The position numbers were made by a program, and so were the translations under genes. The notes beneath the pieces were generated by a model. That model had not been told where the DNA came from. It ran no database searches and saw nothing but the letters and a program-made list of their open reading frames with translations. Below are positions 42,735-62,121 of a stretch of 64,000 bases of DNA, piece by piece (positions within the stretch are counted from its first letter, which is position 1; each line of letters opens with the position of its first letter). The DNA lies in assembly GCF_041248615.1 (NCBI RefSeq), contig NZ_CP158426.1. One strand, 5' to 3'. This DNA comes from Escherichia coli (GTDB lineage: Bacteria; Pseudomonadota; Gammaproteobacteria; Enterobacterales; Enterobacteriaceae).

Positions 42735-45700
42735 ATGAGCGGAAAACCGGCAGCACGTCAGGGCGATGCCACAATGAAAGGTGGCCCGATAGTCCAGGGG
42801 TCGGCAGGCGTGAGGATTGGCGCGCCAACCGGCGTGGCCTGTTCAGTGTGCCCCGGCGGATTCACTTCCGGTAACCCGGTGAATCCGCTGCTCGGTGCAA
42901 AAGTACAGCCCGGCGAAACCGATTTCGCGCTGCCCGGCCCGTTACCGTTCGTGCTCTCCCGCACCTACAGCAGCTACCGGACGAAAACCCCTGCGCCCGT
43001 CGGTATCTTCGGTCCTGGCTGGAAAGCACCCTTTGATATCCGCTTACAGATACGCGATAACGAACTGATACTCAATGATAACGGTGGCAGAAGCATTCAT
43101 TTTGAGCACCTGTTTCCCGGTGAGGATGGCTTCAGCCGCAGCGAATTATTCTGGCTGGTGCGCGGCGGCGTGGCGAAACTGAATGAAAGTCACCGTCTTG
43201 CCCCACTCTGGCAGGCTCTGCCGGAAGAACTCCGCATGAGTCCGCATATTTATCTGGCGACGAACAGTCCGCAGGGGCCGTGGTGGATACTCGGCTGGAG
43301 TGAGCGGGTACCGGGTGTGGATGAGGTGCTGCCTGCGCCATTGCCGCCGTACCGGGTGCTGACCGGCCTGGTGGACCGCTTCGGGCGTACCCTGACCTTC
43401 CGGCGTGAGGCAGTTGGCGAATTTACCGGGGAAATCACCGGCGTGACCGATGGCGCAGGCCGTCAGTTCCGCCTGGTGCTGACCACGCAGGCGCAGCGGG
43501 CGGAAGAGGCCCAGCAGCAGGCGGTTGCAGCCGGAGCAAAACGACCAGATATCCCGGTTTCATTGCCGGACTATACAGAATATGGCCGGGATAACGGCAT
43601 CCGCCTGTCAGCGGTGTGGCTGACGCATGACCCGGAATACCCGGAGAATTTACCTGCCGCGCCACTGGTGCGCTACGACTGGACGCCACGCGGTGAACTG
43701 GCGGCGGTGTATGACCGCAGCGGTACGCAGATGCGCCACTTTACTTACGATGATAAATACCGGGGCCGGATGGTGGCGCACCGTTACGCAGGCAGGCCGG
43801 AGATGCGTTACCGCTACGACGACATCGGGCGCGTGACGGAACAACGTAATCCGGCGGGTTTAAGCTACACCTATCAGTATGAGAAAAACCGCATCATCAT
43901 CACCGACAGCCTGAACCGGTGCGAGGTGCTGCATACAGAAGGCGAAGCCGGGCTGAAACGGGTGGTGAAAAAAGAGCACGCTGACGACAGCGTCACACAG
44001 AGTCAGTTCGATTCCATTGGCCGCCTTCAGTCACAGACGGATGCGGCAGGCCGGACGACAGAATACAGTCCGAATGTGGTGACGGGTCTCGTCACACGCA
44101 TCACCACGCCGGACGGCAGGAAATCGGAATTTTACTATAACAACCAGAACCAGTTAACCTCAGCATCCGGGCCTGACGGACTGGAAATGCGCAGGAAATA
44201 TGATGAGTACGGGCGTCTGACGCAGGAAACCGCTCGCAACGGCGATATCACCCGCTACAGTTATGATAATCCGCACAGTGAATTACCCTCTGCAACTGAA
44301 GATGCGACGGGTAGCCGCAAGCAGATGACGTGGAGCCGTTACGGGCAGTTACTGACTTTCACCGACTGCTCAGGCTACCAGACCCGTTATGAATACGACC
44401 GCTTTGGTCAGATGACGGCGGTCCACCGTGAGGAAGGTGTCAGTCTTTACCGCAGCTATGACAGCCGTGGTCAGTTAATCTCGGTGAAAGATACGCAGGG
44501 CCGTGAAACGCAGTATGAGTACAACGGTGCAGGCGACCTGACCGCCATTATCACGCCAGACGACAACAGAAGCGAGACACAGTACGATGCGTGGGGAAAG
44601 GCCGTCAGTACCACGCAGGGCGGGCTGACGCGCAGCATGGAATACGACGTTGCCGGACGTGTCATCAGCCTGACCAACGAGAACGGCTGTCACAGCGACT
44701 TCAGTTACGATGTGCTCGACCGCCTGATACAGCAGAGCGGCTTTGACGGGCGGACGCAACGTTACCGTTACGACCTGACCGGGAAACTCACGCAGAACGA
44801 GGATGAGGGGCTTGTCACCCTCTGGCACTACGACGAATCGGACCGTATCACACACCGCACGGTGAACGGCGAACCGGCAGAGCAGTGGCGGTATAACGCC
44901 CACGGCTGGCTGAAAGAAATCAGCCACCTGAGCGAAGGTCACCGGGTGGCGGTGCATTACGGCTATAACCGTAAGGGACGTCTCACCGGCGAGCGCCAGA
45001 CGGTGCATAACCCGGAGACGGGGGAACTGCTCTGGCTGCATGAGACAAAACACGCCTACAACGAACAGGGTCTGGCAAACCGCGTCACGCCGGACTGCCT
45101 GCCTGCTGTGGAGTGGCTGACCTACGGCAGCGGTTACCTGGCGGGGATGAAGCTGGGCGACACGCCGCTGCTGGAGTACGCGCGCGACCGCCTGCACAGA
45201 GAAACGGTGCGCAGCTTTGGCAGCATGGCAGGCAGTAATGCCGCATACGAACTGACCAGCACATACACCCCCGCAGGCCAGTTACAGAGCCAGCACCTGA
45301 ACAGCCTGGTGTATGACCGTGACTATGGGTGGAATGACAACGGCGACCTGGTGCGCATCAGCGGCCCGCGACAGACGCGGGAATACGGCTACAGCGCCAC
45401 GGGCAGGCTGGCGAGTGTGCGCACCCTCGCACCGGACCTGGACATCCGCATCCCGTATGCCACGGACCCGGCGGGCAACCGGCTGCCGGACCCGGAGCTG
45501 CACCCGGACAGTACACTCACAGTGTGGCCGGATAACCGCATCGCGGAGGATGCGCACTATGTCTACCGCCACGATGAATACGGCAGGCTGACGGAGAAGA
45601 CGGACCGCATCCCGGCGGGTGTGATACGGACGGACGACGAGCGGACCCACCACTACCACTACGACAGCCAGCACCGCCTGGTGTTCTACACGCGGATACA

Positions 45701-46916
45701 GCATGGAGAGCCACTGGTCGAGAGCCGCTACCTCTACGACCCGCTGGGACGGCGAATGGCGAAAAGGGTATGGCGGCGGGAGCGTGACCTGACGGGGTGG
45801 ATGTCGCTGTCGCGTAAACCGGAGGAGACATGGTACGGGTGGGACGGCGACAGGCTGACGACGGTGCAGACTGACACCACGCGTATCCAGACGGTGTACC
45901 AGCCGGGAAGCTTCACGCCGCTCATCAGAATCGAAACAGACGTGACCGAACTGGAGAAAGCGCAGCGGCGAAGCCTGGCGGAGAAGTTACAGCAGGAAGG
46001 GAGTAAAGATGGTCACGGCGTGGTGTTCCCGCCTGAACTGGTGCGGCTGCTGGACAGGCTGGAGGGGGAAATCCGGGCAGACCGTGTGAGTGACGAAAGC
46101 CGGGCGTGGCTTGCGCAGTGCGGGCTGACGGTGGAGCGGCTGGCGGCACAGATCGAGCCAGTTTATTTGCCTGAGCGAAAAATACATCTTTATCACTGCG
46201 ACCACCGGGGACTGCCGCTGGCGCTTATCAGTACTGAAGGTGCAACGGAATGGCGTGGGGAGTATGACGAGTGGGGGAATCAGCTTAATGAGGAGAACCC
46301 GCATCATCTGTTCCAGCCATACCGCCTGCCGGGGCAGCAGTACGATGATGAATCGGGGCTGTGCTATAATCGTTATCGTTACTACGAGCCGTTACAAGGG
46401 AGGTATATTACACAGGACCCGATTGGGTTAAATGGGGGGTGGAATTTATATAAATATCCGCTGAATCCAATAAATTATGCAGATCCTCTTGGCTTAGCCG
46501 TAGATATAAACCACTTCCCAGTCAACGAAGACATACGAAATTATGCAGAGAAAGTTTGGAATAATCCTAATATCATTACAATTGGAACACATGGTGATCC
46601 TCAATCAGTATATGATGAAAATTATAATAAGATAGATGTCAAGACATTAGCTAATGAGGTTCGAAATCATCCTAAATTTAAACCTGGAATGTCAGTAAGA
46701 CTGTTATCCTGTAATACAGGAAAAGGAAATAACTCTTTTGCACAGCAATTGGCAGATGAACTAGGTGTGAGAGTCTATGCTCCTGACCAATATGACTGGT
46801 ACTATTCAAATGGTAAGGTAGAGCCTTGGGGAGGATTCTATGATGCAAACAATCAATTGCAAATGGACACGAATCAGCCTGGACATGAGTTTACATTCAA
46901 GCGAAGGAAACCATAG
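42735..46916 (+). CDS. rhs: Rhs-family polymorphic toxin (PAAR-like N-terminus, YD-repeat core, divergent C-terminal domain)
   Basis: 1393-aa ORF; N-terminus [11 protein letters not shown]...[26 protein letters not shown] like E. coli RhsA-C; many YDxxGR repeats; DPIGL...DPLGL core/toxin boundary motif. Confidence 0.9.
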   Translation: MSGKPAARQGDATMKGGPIVQGSAGVRIGAPTGVACSVCPGGFTSGNPVNPLLGAKVQPGETDFALPGPLPFVLSRTYSSYRTKTPAPVGIFGPGWKAPFDIRLQIRDNELILNDNGGRSIHFEHLFPGEDGFSRSELFWLVRGGVAKLNESHRLAPLWQALPEELRMSPHIYLATNSPQGPWWILGWSERVPGVDEVLPAPLPPYRVLTGLVDRFGRTLTFRREAVGEFTGEITGVTDGAGRQFRLVLTTQAQRAEEAQQQAVAAGAKRPDIPVSLPDYTEYGRDNGIRLSAVWLTHDPEYPENLPAAPLVRYDWTPRGELAAVYDRSGTQMRHFTYDDKYRGRMVAHRYAGRPEMRYRYDDIGRVTEQRNPAGLSYTYQYEKNRIIITDSLNRCEVLHTEGEAGLKRVVKKEHADDSVTQSQFDSIGRLQSQTDAAGRTTEYSPNVVTGLVTRITTPDGRKSEFYYNNQNQLTSASGPDGLEMRRKYDEYGRLTQETARNGDITRYSYDNPHSELPSATEDATGSRKQMTWSRYGQLLTFTDCSGYQTRYEYDRFGQMTAVHREEGVSLYRSYDSRGQLISVKDTQGRETQYEYNGAGDLTAIITPDDNRSETQYDAWGKAVSTTQGGLTRSMEYDVAGRVISLTNENGCHSDFSYDVLDRLIQQSGFDGRTQRYRYDLTGKLTQNEDEGLVTLWHYDESDRITHRTVNGEPAEQWRYNAHGWLKEISHLSEGHRVAVHYGYNRKGRLTGERQTVHNPETGELLWLHETKHAYNEQGLANRVTPDCLPAVEWLTYGSGYLAGMKLGDTPLLEYARDRLHRETVRSFGSMAGSNAAYELTSTYTPAGQLQSQHLNSLVYDRDYGWNDNGDLVRISGPRQTREYGYSATGRLASVRTLAPDLDIRIPYATDPAGNRLPDPELHPDSTLTVWPDNRIAEDAHYVYRHDEYGRLTEKTDRIPAGVIRTDDERTHHYHYDSQHRLVFYTRIQHGEPLVESRYLYDPLGRRMAKRVWRRERDLTGWMSLSRKPEETWYGWDGDRLTTVQTDTTRIQTVYQPGSFTPLIRIETDVTELEKAQRRSLAEKLQQEGSKDGHGVVFPPELVRLLDRLEGEIRADRVSDESRAWLAQCGLTVERLAAQIEPVYLPERKIHLYHCDHRGLPLALISTEGATEWRGEYDEWGNQLNEENPHHLFQPYRLPGQQYDDESGLCYNRYRYYEPLQGRYITQDPIGLNGGWNLYKYPLNPINYADPLGLAVDINHFPVNEDIRNYAEKVWNNPNIITIGTHGDPQSVYDENYNKIDVKTLANEVRNHPKFKPGMSVRLLSCNTGKGNNSFAQQLADELGVRVYAPDQYDWYYSNGKVEPWGGFYDANNQLQMDTNQPGHEFTFKRRKP

Positions 46917-46918
46917 GT

Positions 46919-47521
46919 ATGAGGTATTTTCTCTTTATATTTATAACAATCCCCCTTATCTCTGGAGGTCATATGAGTAATGATAGCGAAAAGATAATAT
47001 CAACATATTCGCTCAATTTTTTATCACCAGATGATGTGAGGAAAGAAGAACTTAAGGCATCACAAGGTGATAGTGATGCTGCATTTAAATTGTACAAATA
47101 TTACCTTTTTTGCGAGCCAAAATCATACAGAAAACAGCACGAATGGTTAATAATATCGGCAAATAATGGAAATGCTATAGCTCAATATAACTTATCAAGA
47201 GAACTTGAGTCAGAAGGAAAAGTAGATGAATCAATACAATGGCTGAAAAAATCAGCGGAACATGGTAATAATTATGCACAATATCAGATGTCAAAATATT
47301 TATTAAAAATAGGTGATATTAGAGGATCGGAATATTATCTAAACTTATCTGCGGATAACGGATGTGTATTTGCAATAAAAGATATTATCAAAAATATGAT
47401 GGATAGTGGAAGGTACGATGACGCCCTCATTTGGGTTGAAAAATTGAAAAAATTGTATCCTGACACAAATACCGAACTTTACATACAAAAAATAACGCAG
47501 AAAAAAAAGCAATCCAAATAA
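46919..47521 (+). CDS. putative Rhs immunity protein (Sel1-like repeat protein)
   Basis: ORF starts 3 nt after rhs stop; low GC like the rhs C-terminal region; Sel1-like repeats; stronger SD (ggagg) precedes internal ATG at 46970, so true start may be there. Confidence 0.6.
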   Translation: MRYFLFIFITIPLISGGHMSNDSEKIISTYSLNFLSPDDVRKEELKASQGDSDAAFKLYKYYLFCEPKSYRKQHEWLIISANNGNAIAQYNLSRELESEGKVDESIQWLKKSAEHGNNYAQYQMSKYLLKIGDIRGSEYYLNLSADNGCVFAIKDIIKNMMDSGRYDDALIWVEKLKKLYPDTNTELYIQKITQKKKQSK

Positions 47522-47808
47522 TAATTATATATAATTACTCGCACAGAGTTACAGTATTGCAAGAAATATATCTAGCATATAAAGTCGCCGCCAGTAAAGA
47601 TAAAGTACTGTGTAATCCTTCCTCCCATATAGGGGTAAAAACTTAGCATCCAGTGCCCTCGACTTAATTTTTAGTATTTTCTCTGTGAAGTGACACTTCG
47701 TAGGATTCAGTTCATGTTTACCAGAAAAAAGGTGGTCATTCTGGTGGTCTTGACAATCTCGATTTTTTGTTTTAGCTTTCCAATCAGCCAATTAATGGCT
47801 ACGGCGAT

Positions 47809-47828
47809 CCCAGTCAGAGGAGCCAAAT
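47809..47828 (+). repeat. island-distal direct repeat (attR-type copy of asnW 3' end)
   Basis: ccagtcagaggagccaaatt identical to tRNA 3' end at 37258-37277. Confidence 0.8.
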
Positions 47829-48276
47829 TTTAGTTTTGAGACATCTCTATGAGTCTCAAGACAGTTAAAAAATAAAAATTATTTTTACCCGGTTACCTTG
47901 TAAAAAAGTGACCGGGTTTTTTGATTTCTGTGTTTCGTGCGCTTAATCGAGTCTCACGCTTCAGTGAGCAAATTGCCCCCCAACAGACATCACGATTCGC
48001 AAGGTCAAAAACTTCGTTCCGTGAAGTACCGTACAAAGGTATAGAGAAAAATACCTTATGCTGGATGTCGCTGTCGCGTTTTTATCGGGAAACTATGCGT
48101 AATTGCCACTTTGCCTTCTGTAATCAGAAAAAGAAGAACTGGAATTTTAATAAATATTATTTCTCTGGGAATGGGGATTTTTTATAATCAATATGACGAG
48201 TTGAACATTATATTTTTATAATGATTATATGAGATTAAAGAAATCTGCCATAAAGACAGATTTCTTTAAAATATAA

Positions 48277-48993
48277 TTAGAGATTTGCGACGTTATGATA
48301 AACTTTTTGTACATCGTCGTCATCTTCAAGGGCATCAACAAGCCCTTCAAAGATTTCTAAATCTTCTGGGGAAAGCTCAACTTCAGATTGAGCAATCATT
48401 TCTAATTCTGTTGTTGAGAACTCAGTGATTCCAGCTGCTTTTAGAGCCGCGATTCCTTTATGAAGGTCAGTAGGTTCAGTATAAATAACAATATTACCTT
48501 CTTCTTCAGTTACATCACGAACATCAACTTCAGCTTCAAGTAAAATTTCAAAAATATGGTCAGGGTCTGTTCCTTTAAATACAATCACACCCGTATTGTC
48601 AAACATATAGCTGACAGAACCTGCCGCTCCGATATTGCCGCCTTTTTTATTGAAAATTGTGCGAACGTTAGCAATCGTACGGTTAACATTGGAAGTCAAG
48701 GTCTCAGCGATAATCATTGAGCCATTAGGACCAAAGCCTTCATAACGGCCCTGCACGAACGTTTCATCTCCGCCGCCTTTGGCTTTATCAATTGCTTTAT
48801 CAATAACATGCTTTGGAACTTGTGCCTGCTTTGCTCGTTCAATAACGAATTTTAAAGATGTGTTTAATTCTGGATCGGGTTCACCTTGTTTGGCAGCGGC
48901 ATAGATTTCTACACCGAATTTTGCATAAATTTTAGACGTCGCACCGTCTTTAGCCGTTTTTTTAGCAACAATATTGGCCCATTTACGTCCCAC
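48277..48993 (-). CDS. yeeN: YebC/PmpR-family transcriptional regulator
   Basis: 238-aa [45 protein letters not shown]... Confidence 0.9.
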
Positions 48994-49335
48994 TGGAATG
49001 ATCTCCTCGAAAATTTATTTACATTACTGGTAAATCGTTAACATGTGTTAATTCGGCATATTATATCATAACAGGAAAAATCTCGTCTATTAGAAATAAA
49101 AATATTCTAAAGTCATAATCTTATATTTAATTTCATAAAAAATTATATTGTTGGCGGGATTTTTTATAATTGTGTTTTGAAAGCATACTTGCTTTTAATA
49201 TGTGGGAATTATTAAGACGATAATAAAACTCGCATCTGTCCAAGAAAGCAAACAGCCCGCGTTTATTGCAGGCTATTTGCCAGATGTCTTACTTACTCCT
49301 TCACATCTATTTCTGATAAGAAGGTTCAGAACTTA

Positions 49336-50790
49336 TTATCGGAACGGCGGCTCATTAAAGGTTCGTAATTTACGTGAATGCAGTCGGTCGCCTTCTGCGC
49401 GCAGCAAATCGATCGCCCGAATGCCAATTTGCAGGTGTTCGGAAATAGCGCCTTCATAAAAACGGTTAGCCTGACCGGGAAGTTTAATCTCACCATGTAA
49501 TGGTTTATCTGAAACACACAGTAGTGTCCCGTATGGCACGCGGAAACGATATCCTTGCGCGGCAATGGTTGCACTTTCCATATCAATTGCTACGGCCCGG
49601 CTTAAGTTAAAACGAAGTGCAGAAGCTGAGTAACGTAATTCCCAGTTCCTGTCATCTGTGGTTACCACAGTACCAGTACGTAGCCGCTGTTTGACTTCCT
49701 CACCGGGCCTGCCGCTGACTAACTTGGTGGCGTCATAAAGCGCACGTTGCACTTCAGCAATACTCGGAATAGGAATATCGGGCGGCAGTACCGCATCAAG
49801 AACGTGGTCATCGCGTAAATAAGCGTGTGCAAGTACATAATCTCCAATGGCCTGGCTTTCACGTAAGCCACCACAGTGACCAATCATCAACCAGACATCC
49901 GGGCGCAGCACCGCCAGATGATCGCAGATGGTTTTAGCATTTGACGGTCCCACGCCAATATTCACCAGAGTAATACCCTGACCATCGGCGGTAATTAAAT
50001 GCCATGCGGGCATCTGGTGTTTTTTCCATGCAAGGTCGGAAATGGCTTCTTCTGGCGCTTCGGTTTCGGCGGTGATCCAGTTCCCGCCAGCACAAGAAAG
50101 GGCAATGTAGGGACTATCAGGATCGAGGATCTGGCTGCATCCCCAACGAACGAATTCATCCACATAACGTGTGTAGTTGGTAAACAAGACGAACGGCTGA
50201 AAATGTTCAACTGGCGTACCGGTATAATGGCGCAACCGCGCAAGGGAAAAATCGACGCGGCGCGCATCAAAATGCGATAGCGGGGAGAATTCCGTTGGAT
50301 GATAAATGCCGTCTGCAGTTTCATCGCCAATTTGCGCCAGTTCTGTTGTCGGGAAATAGCGAGTTAACCCAGCGCTCATTGAGCGATCAAGTGTCAATTC
50401 AGAGCCATCGATGACATAAGGATAAGGGATTTCATGCTGCGAGGGTTGCACCGAGATATGCGCACCATAATCCTGATACAGCAACGTAAGTTGTTCATTG
50501 AGATACGAACGAAAGAGAGTAGGGCGAGTAATCGTGGTGGTGTAGCTGCCTGCGTGGGTAAAACGACCAAATGCGCGCGTTTTGGGGGGATTGGTTGTGC
50601 TACCGTCCCAGGTTACGGTCAGTGATGGATAGACAAAAAGACCTTGTTTGCGGGCGTTTTCATCAGGTAATTCGCCACTTGTAATATATTTGCCAATGGC
50701 GTTGCGTAAAGCGACTACAGATTGCTCATACAGCGCGTCGAGTTTATCCAGTGCCTGAGCTGGGGTCAGACCGGAGCCCTTATTATTCAT
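49336..50790 (-). CDS. amn: AMP nucleosidase
   Basis: 484 codons from MNNKGSGLTPAQALDKLDALYEQ (ORF track extends 52 codons upstream). Confidence 0.9.
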   Translation of the reverse strand: MNNKGSGLTPAQALDKLDALYEQSVVALRNAIGKYITSGELPDENARKQGLFVYPSLTVTWDGSTTNPPKTRAFGRFTHAGSYTTTITRPTLFRSYLNEQLTLLYQDYGAHISVQPSQHEIPYPYVIDGSELTLDRSMSAGLTRYFPTTELAQIGDETADGIYHPTEFSPLSHFDARRVDFSLARLRHYTGTPVEHFQPFVLFTNYTRYVDEFVRWGCSQILDPDSPYIALSCAGGNWITAETEAPEEAISDLAWKKHQMPAWHLITADGQGITLVNIGVGPSNAKTICDHLAVLRPDVWLMIGHCGGLRESQAIGDYVLAHAYLRDDHVLDAVLPPDIPIPSIAEVQRALYDATKLVSGRPGEEVKQRLRTGTVVTTDDRNWELRYSASALRFNLSRAVAIDMESATIAAQGYRFRVPYGTLLCVSDKPLHGEIKLPGQANRFYEGAISEHLQIGIRAIDLLRAEGDRLHSRKLRTFNEPPFR

Positions 50791-50891
50791 GTGTGTCTCC
50801 TGTTCCATACAATTACCGCACATCCGATAGTATGTCACAGGAATGTGAAACAAAAGTTTAAGGCGAAGATCGGATGATCTTCGCCAGGCTA

Positions 50892-52208
50892 TTAAGCGCG
50901 TTGATTGTCTTTCATCAACAAAGCGGTCATTGCGGAAATCAGGCATCCAGCCAGCAAATAAATAGCGACGCTATGCCAGTTCCCGGCAAAGTAAGTGATG
51001 AGTGCAGCGGCAATAAAAGGTGTAAATCCACCGCCAACCACACTGGCAACCTGATAACCGACTCCAGCGCCACTATAGCGATAACTGGCACCAAACATTT
51101 CGGTAAACATCGGTTGTTGTACACACACCACCATATCATGCGCAATGTTTGCCAGCATGATGGAGAAGAAAACTATCCAGAAAATAGATTGTGCTTCAAG
51201 CGCCATAAAGAAAGGAAATGCGCTCAACGTTCCGAATAACGCACCTGTGATATAAACCCTGCGGCGACCAAAACGATCGGCAAGCCAGGCAAAACAGGGA
51301 ATTGTCAGGCAGCTTAATCCACCGACCAGCAAACCAATATTAAGGAAAAGTTCGCGCGGTAACCCCATATTCTGGGTTGAATAATTAAGTGCAAAGGCAG
51401 TAACAATGTACATCGTCAGCAACTCGCACAGTCGTAGTGCAATAATCTTCAGGAAAGCACCGGGATGTCGTAACAGAGCTTCGATAACCGGGATGCGTTT
51501 TTTCGCGGCCGCTTGATTATGTTGCTGTTGTTCAAATTCCGCGGACTCCTCCATGCCATTGCGCACCCACAATGCTCCCAGTACCAGTACGATGCTAAAC
51601 AGGAAAGGAATGCGCCAGCCCCAGCTTAAAAACTGTTCGTCAGTCGTCATCATACTGATCAATGAAACCAGTCCGGTTGAAAGCAGTAAACCTACTCCGT
51701 AGCCAACTTGTACACCGCTACTGTAAAAGGCTTTTTTATTTTTCGGCGCACTTTCAACGGAAAGCAACGCTGCGCCTCCCCATTCGCCGCCGACGGCAAA
51801 TCCCTGAATGGCACGCAGTGTCACCAGCAAAATAGGTGCCCACCACCCAATGGTCGAGAATGAAGGAAGAATACCAATCAAGGCTGTCGCGATGCCCATC
51901 ATCCAGACGGTCAGCATTAACATGCGCTTACGTCCCAGTCGGTCGCCAAAGTGACCGAAAATGACACCGCCTAGCGGTCGGAAAAGGAAGCCGACACCAA
52001 AGGTGGCAAATGCGGCGAGCGTTCCCATCGCCGGGCTTACTTGCGGGAAAAACTCGCGATTAAACACCAGTGCGGCGGTAATGCCATAGAGTAAAAAATC
52101 ATACCAGTCGACGACGGCACCAGCGAAACTGCCTAACGCAGCTCGTCGGGCGCGACTTAACGAAAGCGTCCCTTCATCGGGACGAGTGGAGATGAGCGTG
52201 GAGTCCAT
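50892..52208 (-). CDS. shiA: shikimate:H+ symporter (MFS)
   Basis: 438-aa MFS transporter MDSTLISTRPDEGTLSLSRARRAALGSFAGAVVDWYDFLLYG. Confidence 0.9.
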   Translation of the reverse strand: MDSTLISTRPDEGTLSLSRARRAALGSFAGAVVDWYDFLLYGITAALVFNREFFPQVSPAMGTLAAFATFGVGFLFRPLGGVIFGHFGDRLGRKRMLMLTVWMMGIATALIGILPSFSTIGWWAPILLVTLRAIQGFAVGGEWGGAALLSVESAPKNKKAFYSSGVQVGYGVGLLLSTGLVSLISMMTTDEQFLSWGWRIPFLFSIVLVLGALWVRNGMEESAEFEQQQHNQAAAKKRIPVIEALLRHPGAFLKIIALRLCELLTMYIVTAFALNYSTQNMGLPRELFLNIGLLVGGLSCLTIPCFAWLADRFGRRRVYITGALFGTLSAFPFFMALEAQSIFWIVFFSIMLANIAHDMVVCVQQPMFTEMFGASYRYSGAGVGYQVASVVGGGFTPFIAAALITYFAGNWHSVAIYLLAGCLISAMTALLMKDNQRA

Positions 52209-52522
52209 AATGATCCTGTTTGTACTGTCTTTTTATAATTAGTATGGAAAAGGTAACTCACATTGCCGTCGATCTATAAACGAACCTTATGAGACTACCT
52301 CGACAGAGCGCATCTGCAAATGATTTTATGGCTGATTAGCGGCAACATGAAAAATTCGATGGAAGATGAAAGCACGGGCGTTGCTGGTGTTGTTTAAGGA
52401 TTAAGCAGAGCACCCACAGGTTCGAGATATGAAACATAAAAGTCCGCATATGTACAAAATAGCACCCTGATGAGTCTGATAGACTGCATTGCATTATAAC
52501 CAGTAGGGAGGCGAGGTTAGGT

Positions 52523-53575
52523 ATGTTTTTAGCATCATTGTTGAGACGTATTGCATTTAGTTACTACGATTATAAAGCTAATAATTTCAATATTGGAAAA
52601 ACAGACTTTGTTGTCATCCATATTCCCGATCAAATTGGCGATGCTATGGCCATCTTTCCAGTTATTCGGGCGATTGAAATGCATAAAATAAAGCATCTTT
52701 TAATTGTTACTTCGACTATTAATTTAGAAGTCTTTAATGCGCTCAAACTTGAACAGACTAAATTAACATTAGTTACAATGACTATGCAGGATCACGCAAC
52801 ATTAAAAGAAATAAAAAATTTAGCGAAGAACATAACACTGCAATACGGTACGCCGGATCTTTGTATAGAGGCGATGCGTAAAAAGAACCTGAAAACGATG
52901 ATATTTATCAGTCAGTTGAAAGCAAAAACGAATTTTCAGGTTGTTGGTTTAACCATGAAGTGCTATTCCCCTTTGTGTAAGGACGCGTCCCGGATGGATC
53001 AGAGTCTCCGGGCTCCCGTACCCATGACATGGGCATTTATGATGCGTGAGGCGGGTTTTCCAGCAGTCAGGCCAATATATGAATTGCCACTAAGTGAGGA
53101 TGTACTCGATGAGGTGCGCGAGGAAATGCGATCGTTAGGAGCTTACATTGCGCTCAATTTAGAAGGTAGTGCACAGGAACGTACATTTTCATTATCGATA
53201 GCAGAAAATCTAATAGCAAAAATTCAAAGTGAAACAGATATGCCAATAGTGATCGTTCATGGACCAAAAGGGGAAGATAAAGCCAGGGTATTAGTGGATT
53301 GTTATAATAATGTCTTCCGTTTATCCTTATCACCCTCGATTAAACGTTCGGCAGCAATCATAAAAGATGCTTATATCGCAATAACTCCTGACACCTCAAT
53401 ATTACATATGGCAAGTGCCTATAATACCCCCGTTGTTGCAATTTATGCTGATTACAAAACGCGATGGCCCGCAATGGCCGATGTTTCGGAGTCAGTCGTC
53501 GTTGGGCAAAAAATTGACAATATAAGTCTGGATGAATTCGCAAAGGCATTAAAAAGTGTTTTGGCGAGAATATGA
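52523..53575 (+). CDS. yeeL: glycosyltransferase family 9 (heptosyltransferase-like) protein, apparently intact
   Basis: 350-aa ORF with C-terminal GT9-type motif ITPDTSILHMASAYNTPVVAIY; position between shiA and yeeJ. Confidence 0.75.
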   Translation: MFLASLLRRIAFSYYDYKANNFNIGKTDFVVIHIPDQIGDAMAIFPVIRAIEMHKIKHLLIVTSTINLEVFNALKLEQTKLTLVTMTMQDHATLKEIKNLAKNITLQYGTPDLCIEAMRKKNLKTMIFISQLKAKTNFQVVGLTMKCYSPLCKDASRMDQSLRAPVPMTWAFMMREAGFPAVRPIYELPLSEDVLDEVREEMRSLGAYIALNLEGSAQERTFSLSIAENLIAKIQSETDMPIVIVHGPKGEDKARVLVDCYNNVFRLSLSPSIKRSAAIIKDAYIAITPDTSILHMASAYNTPVVAIYADYKTRWPAMADVSESVVVGQKIDNISLDEFAKALKSVLARI

Positions 53576-53836
53576 GGCAGTATTTATGCATATTAATGCC
53601 GATCTGTTATGAACGGTGGTGTCATCAATACTCTGTGGCTGGTCAATCATTACAGAAAGCCAGTCTTTGGAGCAAAGCTGTACTCACCGGATACAACCAT
53701 AGTCACACCGAACGCGAATCTGGCGGTATCGCATTTTTATTTATTCATTTTCTGTGAGAGAAGGGCAAGTTCTGTAGAGGGAATGTAAAAAAGAGTGCCC
53801 CGAATGGAGCACTCTTTAAGGAATTATAGCGGAAAA

Positions 53837-61802
<7,966 letters not shown>

Positions 61803-62101
61803 GCTTACCTTCCCTGAACGAGCTAACATAAATGCGCCCTTTCTAGCACAGCGAAAAAAAGTAAATCCTGATAGCAATATGATTGAAAATTAATAACTTT
61901 TCGTTAAGCAGTTTTGGGTGTGAGTTGCAAGAGGGGAGACTACTGAATTACTCAAGTTTTATAATCGAGGGGAAAATGGTGATGGCGTCCATAGCAAAAC
62001 GCCCTCAACCATAAAGGTCGAGGGCGCTTAAGATGTCAAAAACCCGCTATCCGTTAAAAAGCAATGCTCAACTAAGGTCAGTGACATTGCGCTAAAAAGC
62101 G

Positions 62102-62121
62102 AATTTTTAGAATTTGGCTCC
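62102..62121 (-). repeat. inverted partial copy of tRNA-Asn 3' end (distal att repeat of a second asn-tRNA island)
   Basis: aatttggctcctctgactgg is the reverse complement of ccagtcagaggagccaaatt; no tRNA body follows. Confidence 0.75.

Larger units (their letters stand above)
37274..47828. mobile_element. ~10.5-kb genomic island integrated at 3' end of asnW (P4-type integrase, Rhs toxin cargo)
   Basis: Intact tRNA at proximal end, integrase gene immediately downstream, 20-bp direct repeat of tRNA 3' end (ccagtcagaggagccaaatt) at 37258-37277 and 47809-47828. Confidence 0.8.

Noticed and set aside
44475-45704. Several 100-240-codon ORFs antisense to rhs
   Set aside because: Shadow frames of the high-GC YD-repeat core; Arg/Pro/Val-rich composition.
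47549-47791. 80-codon ORF on minus strand between the immunity gene and attR
   Set aside because: No recognisable family, no clear RBS, AT-rich island-end sequence; could be a fragment of an orphan module but not supportable.
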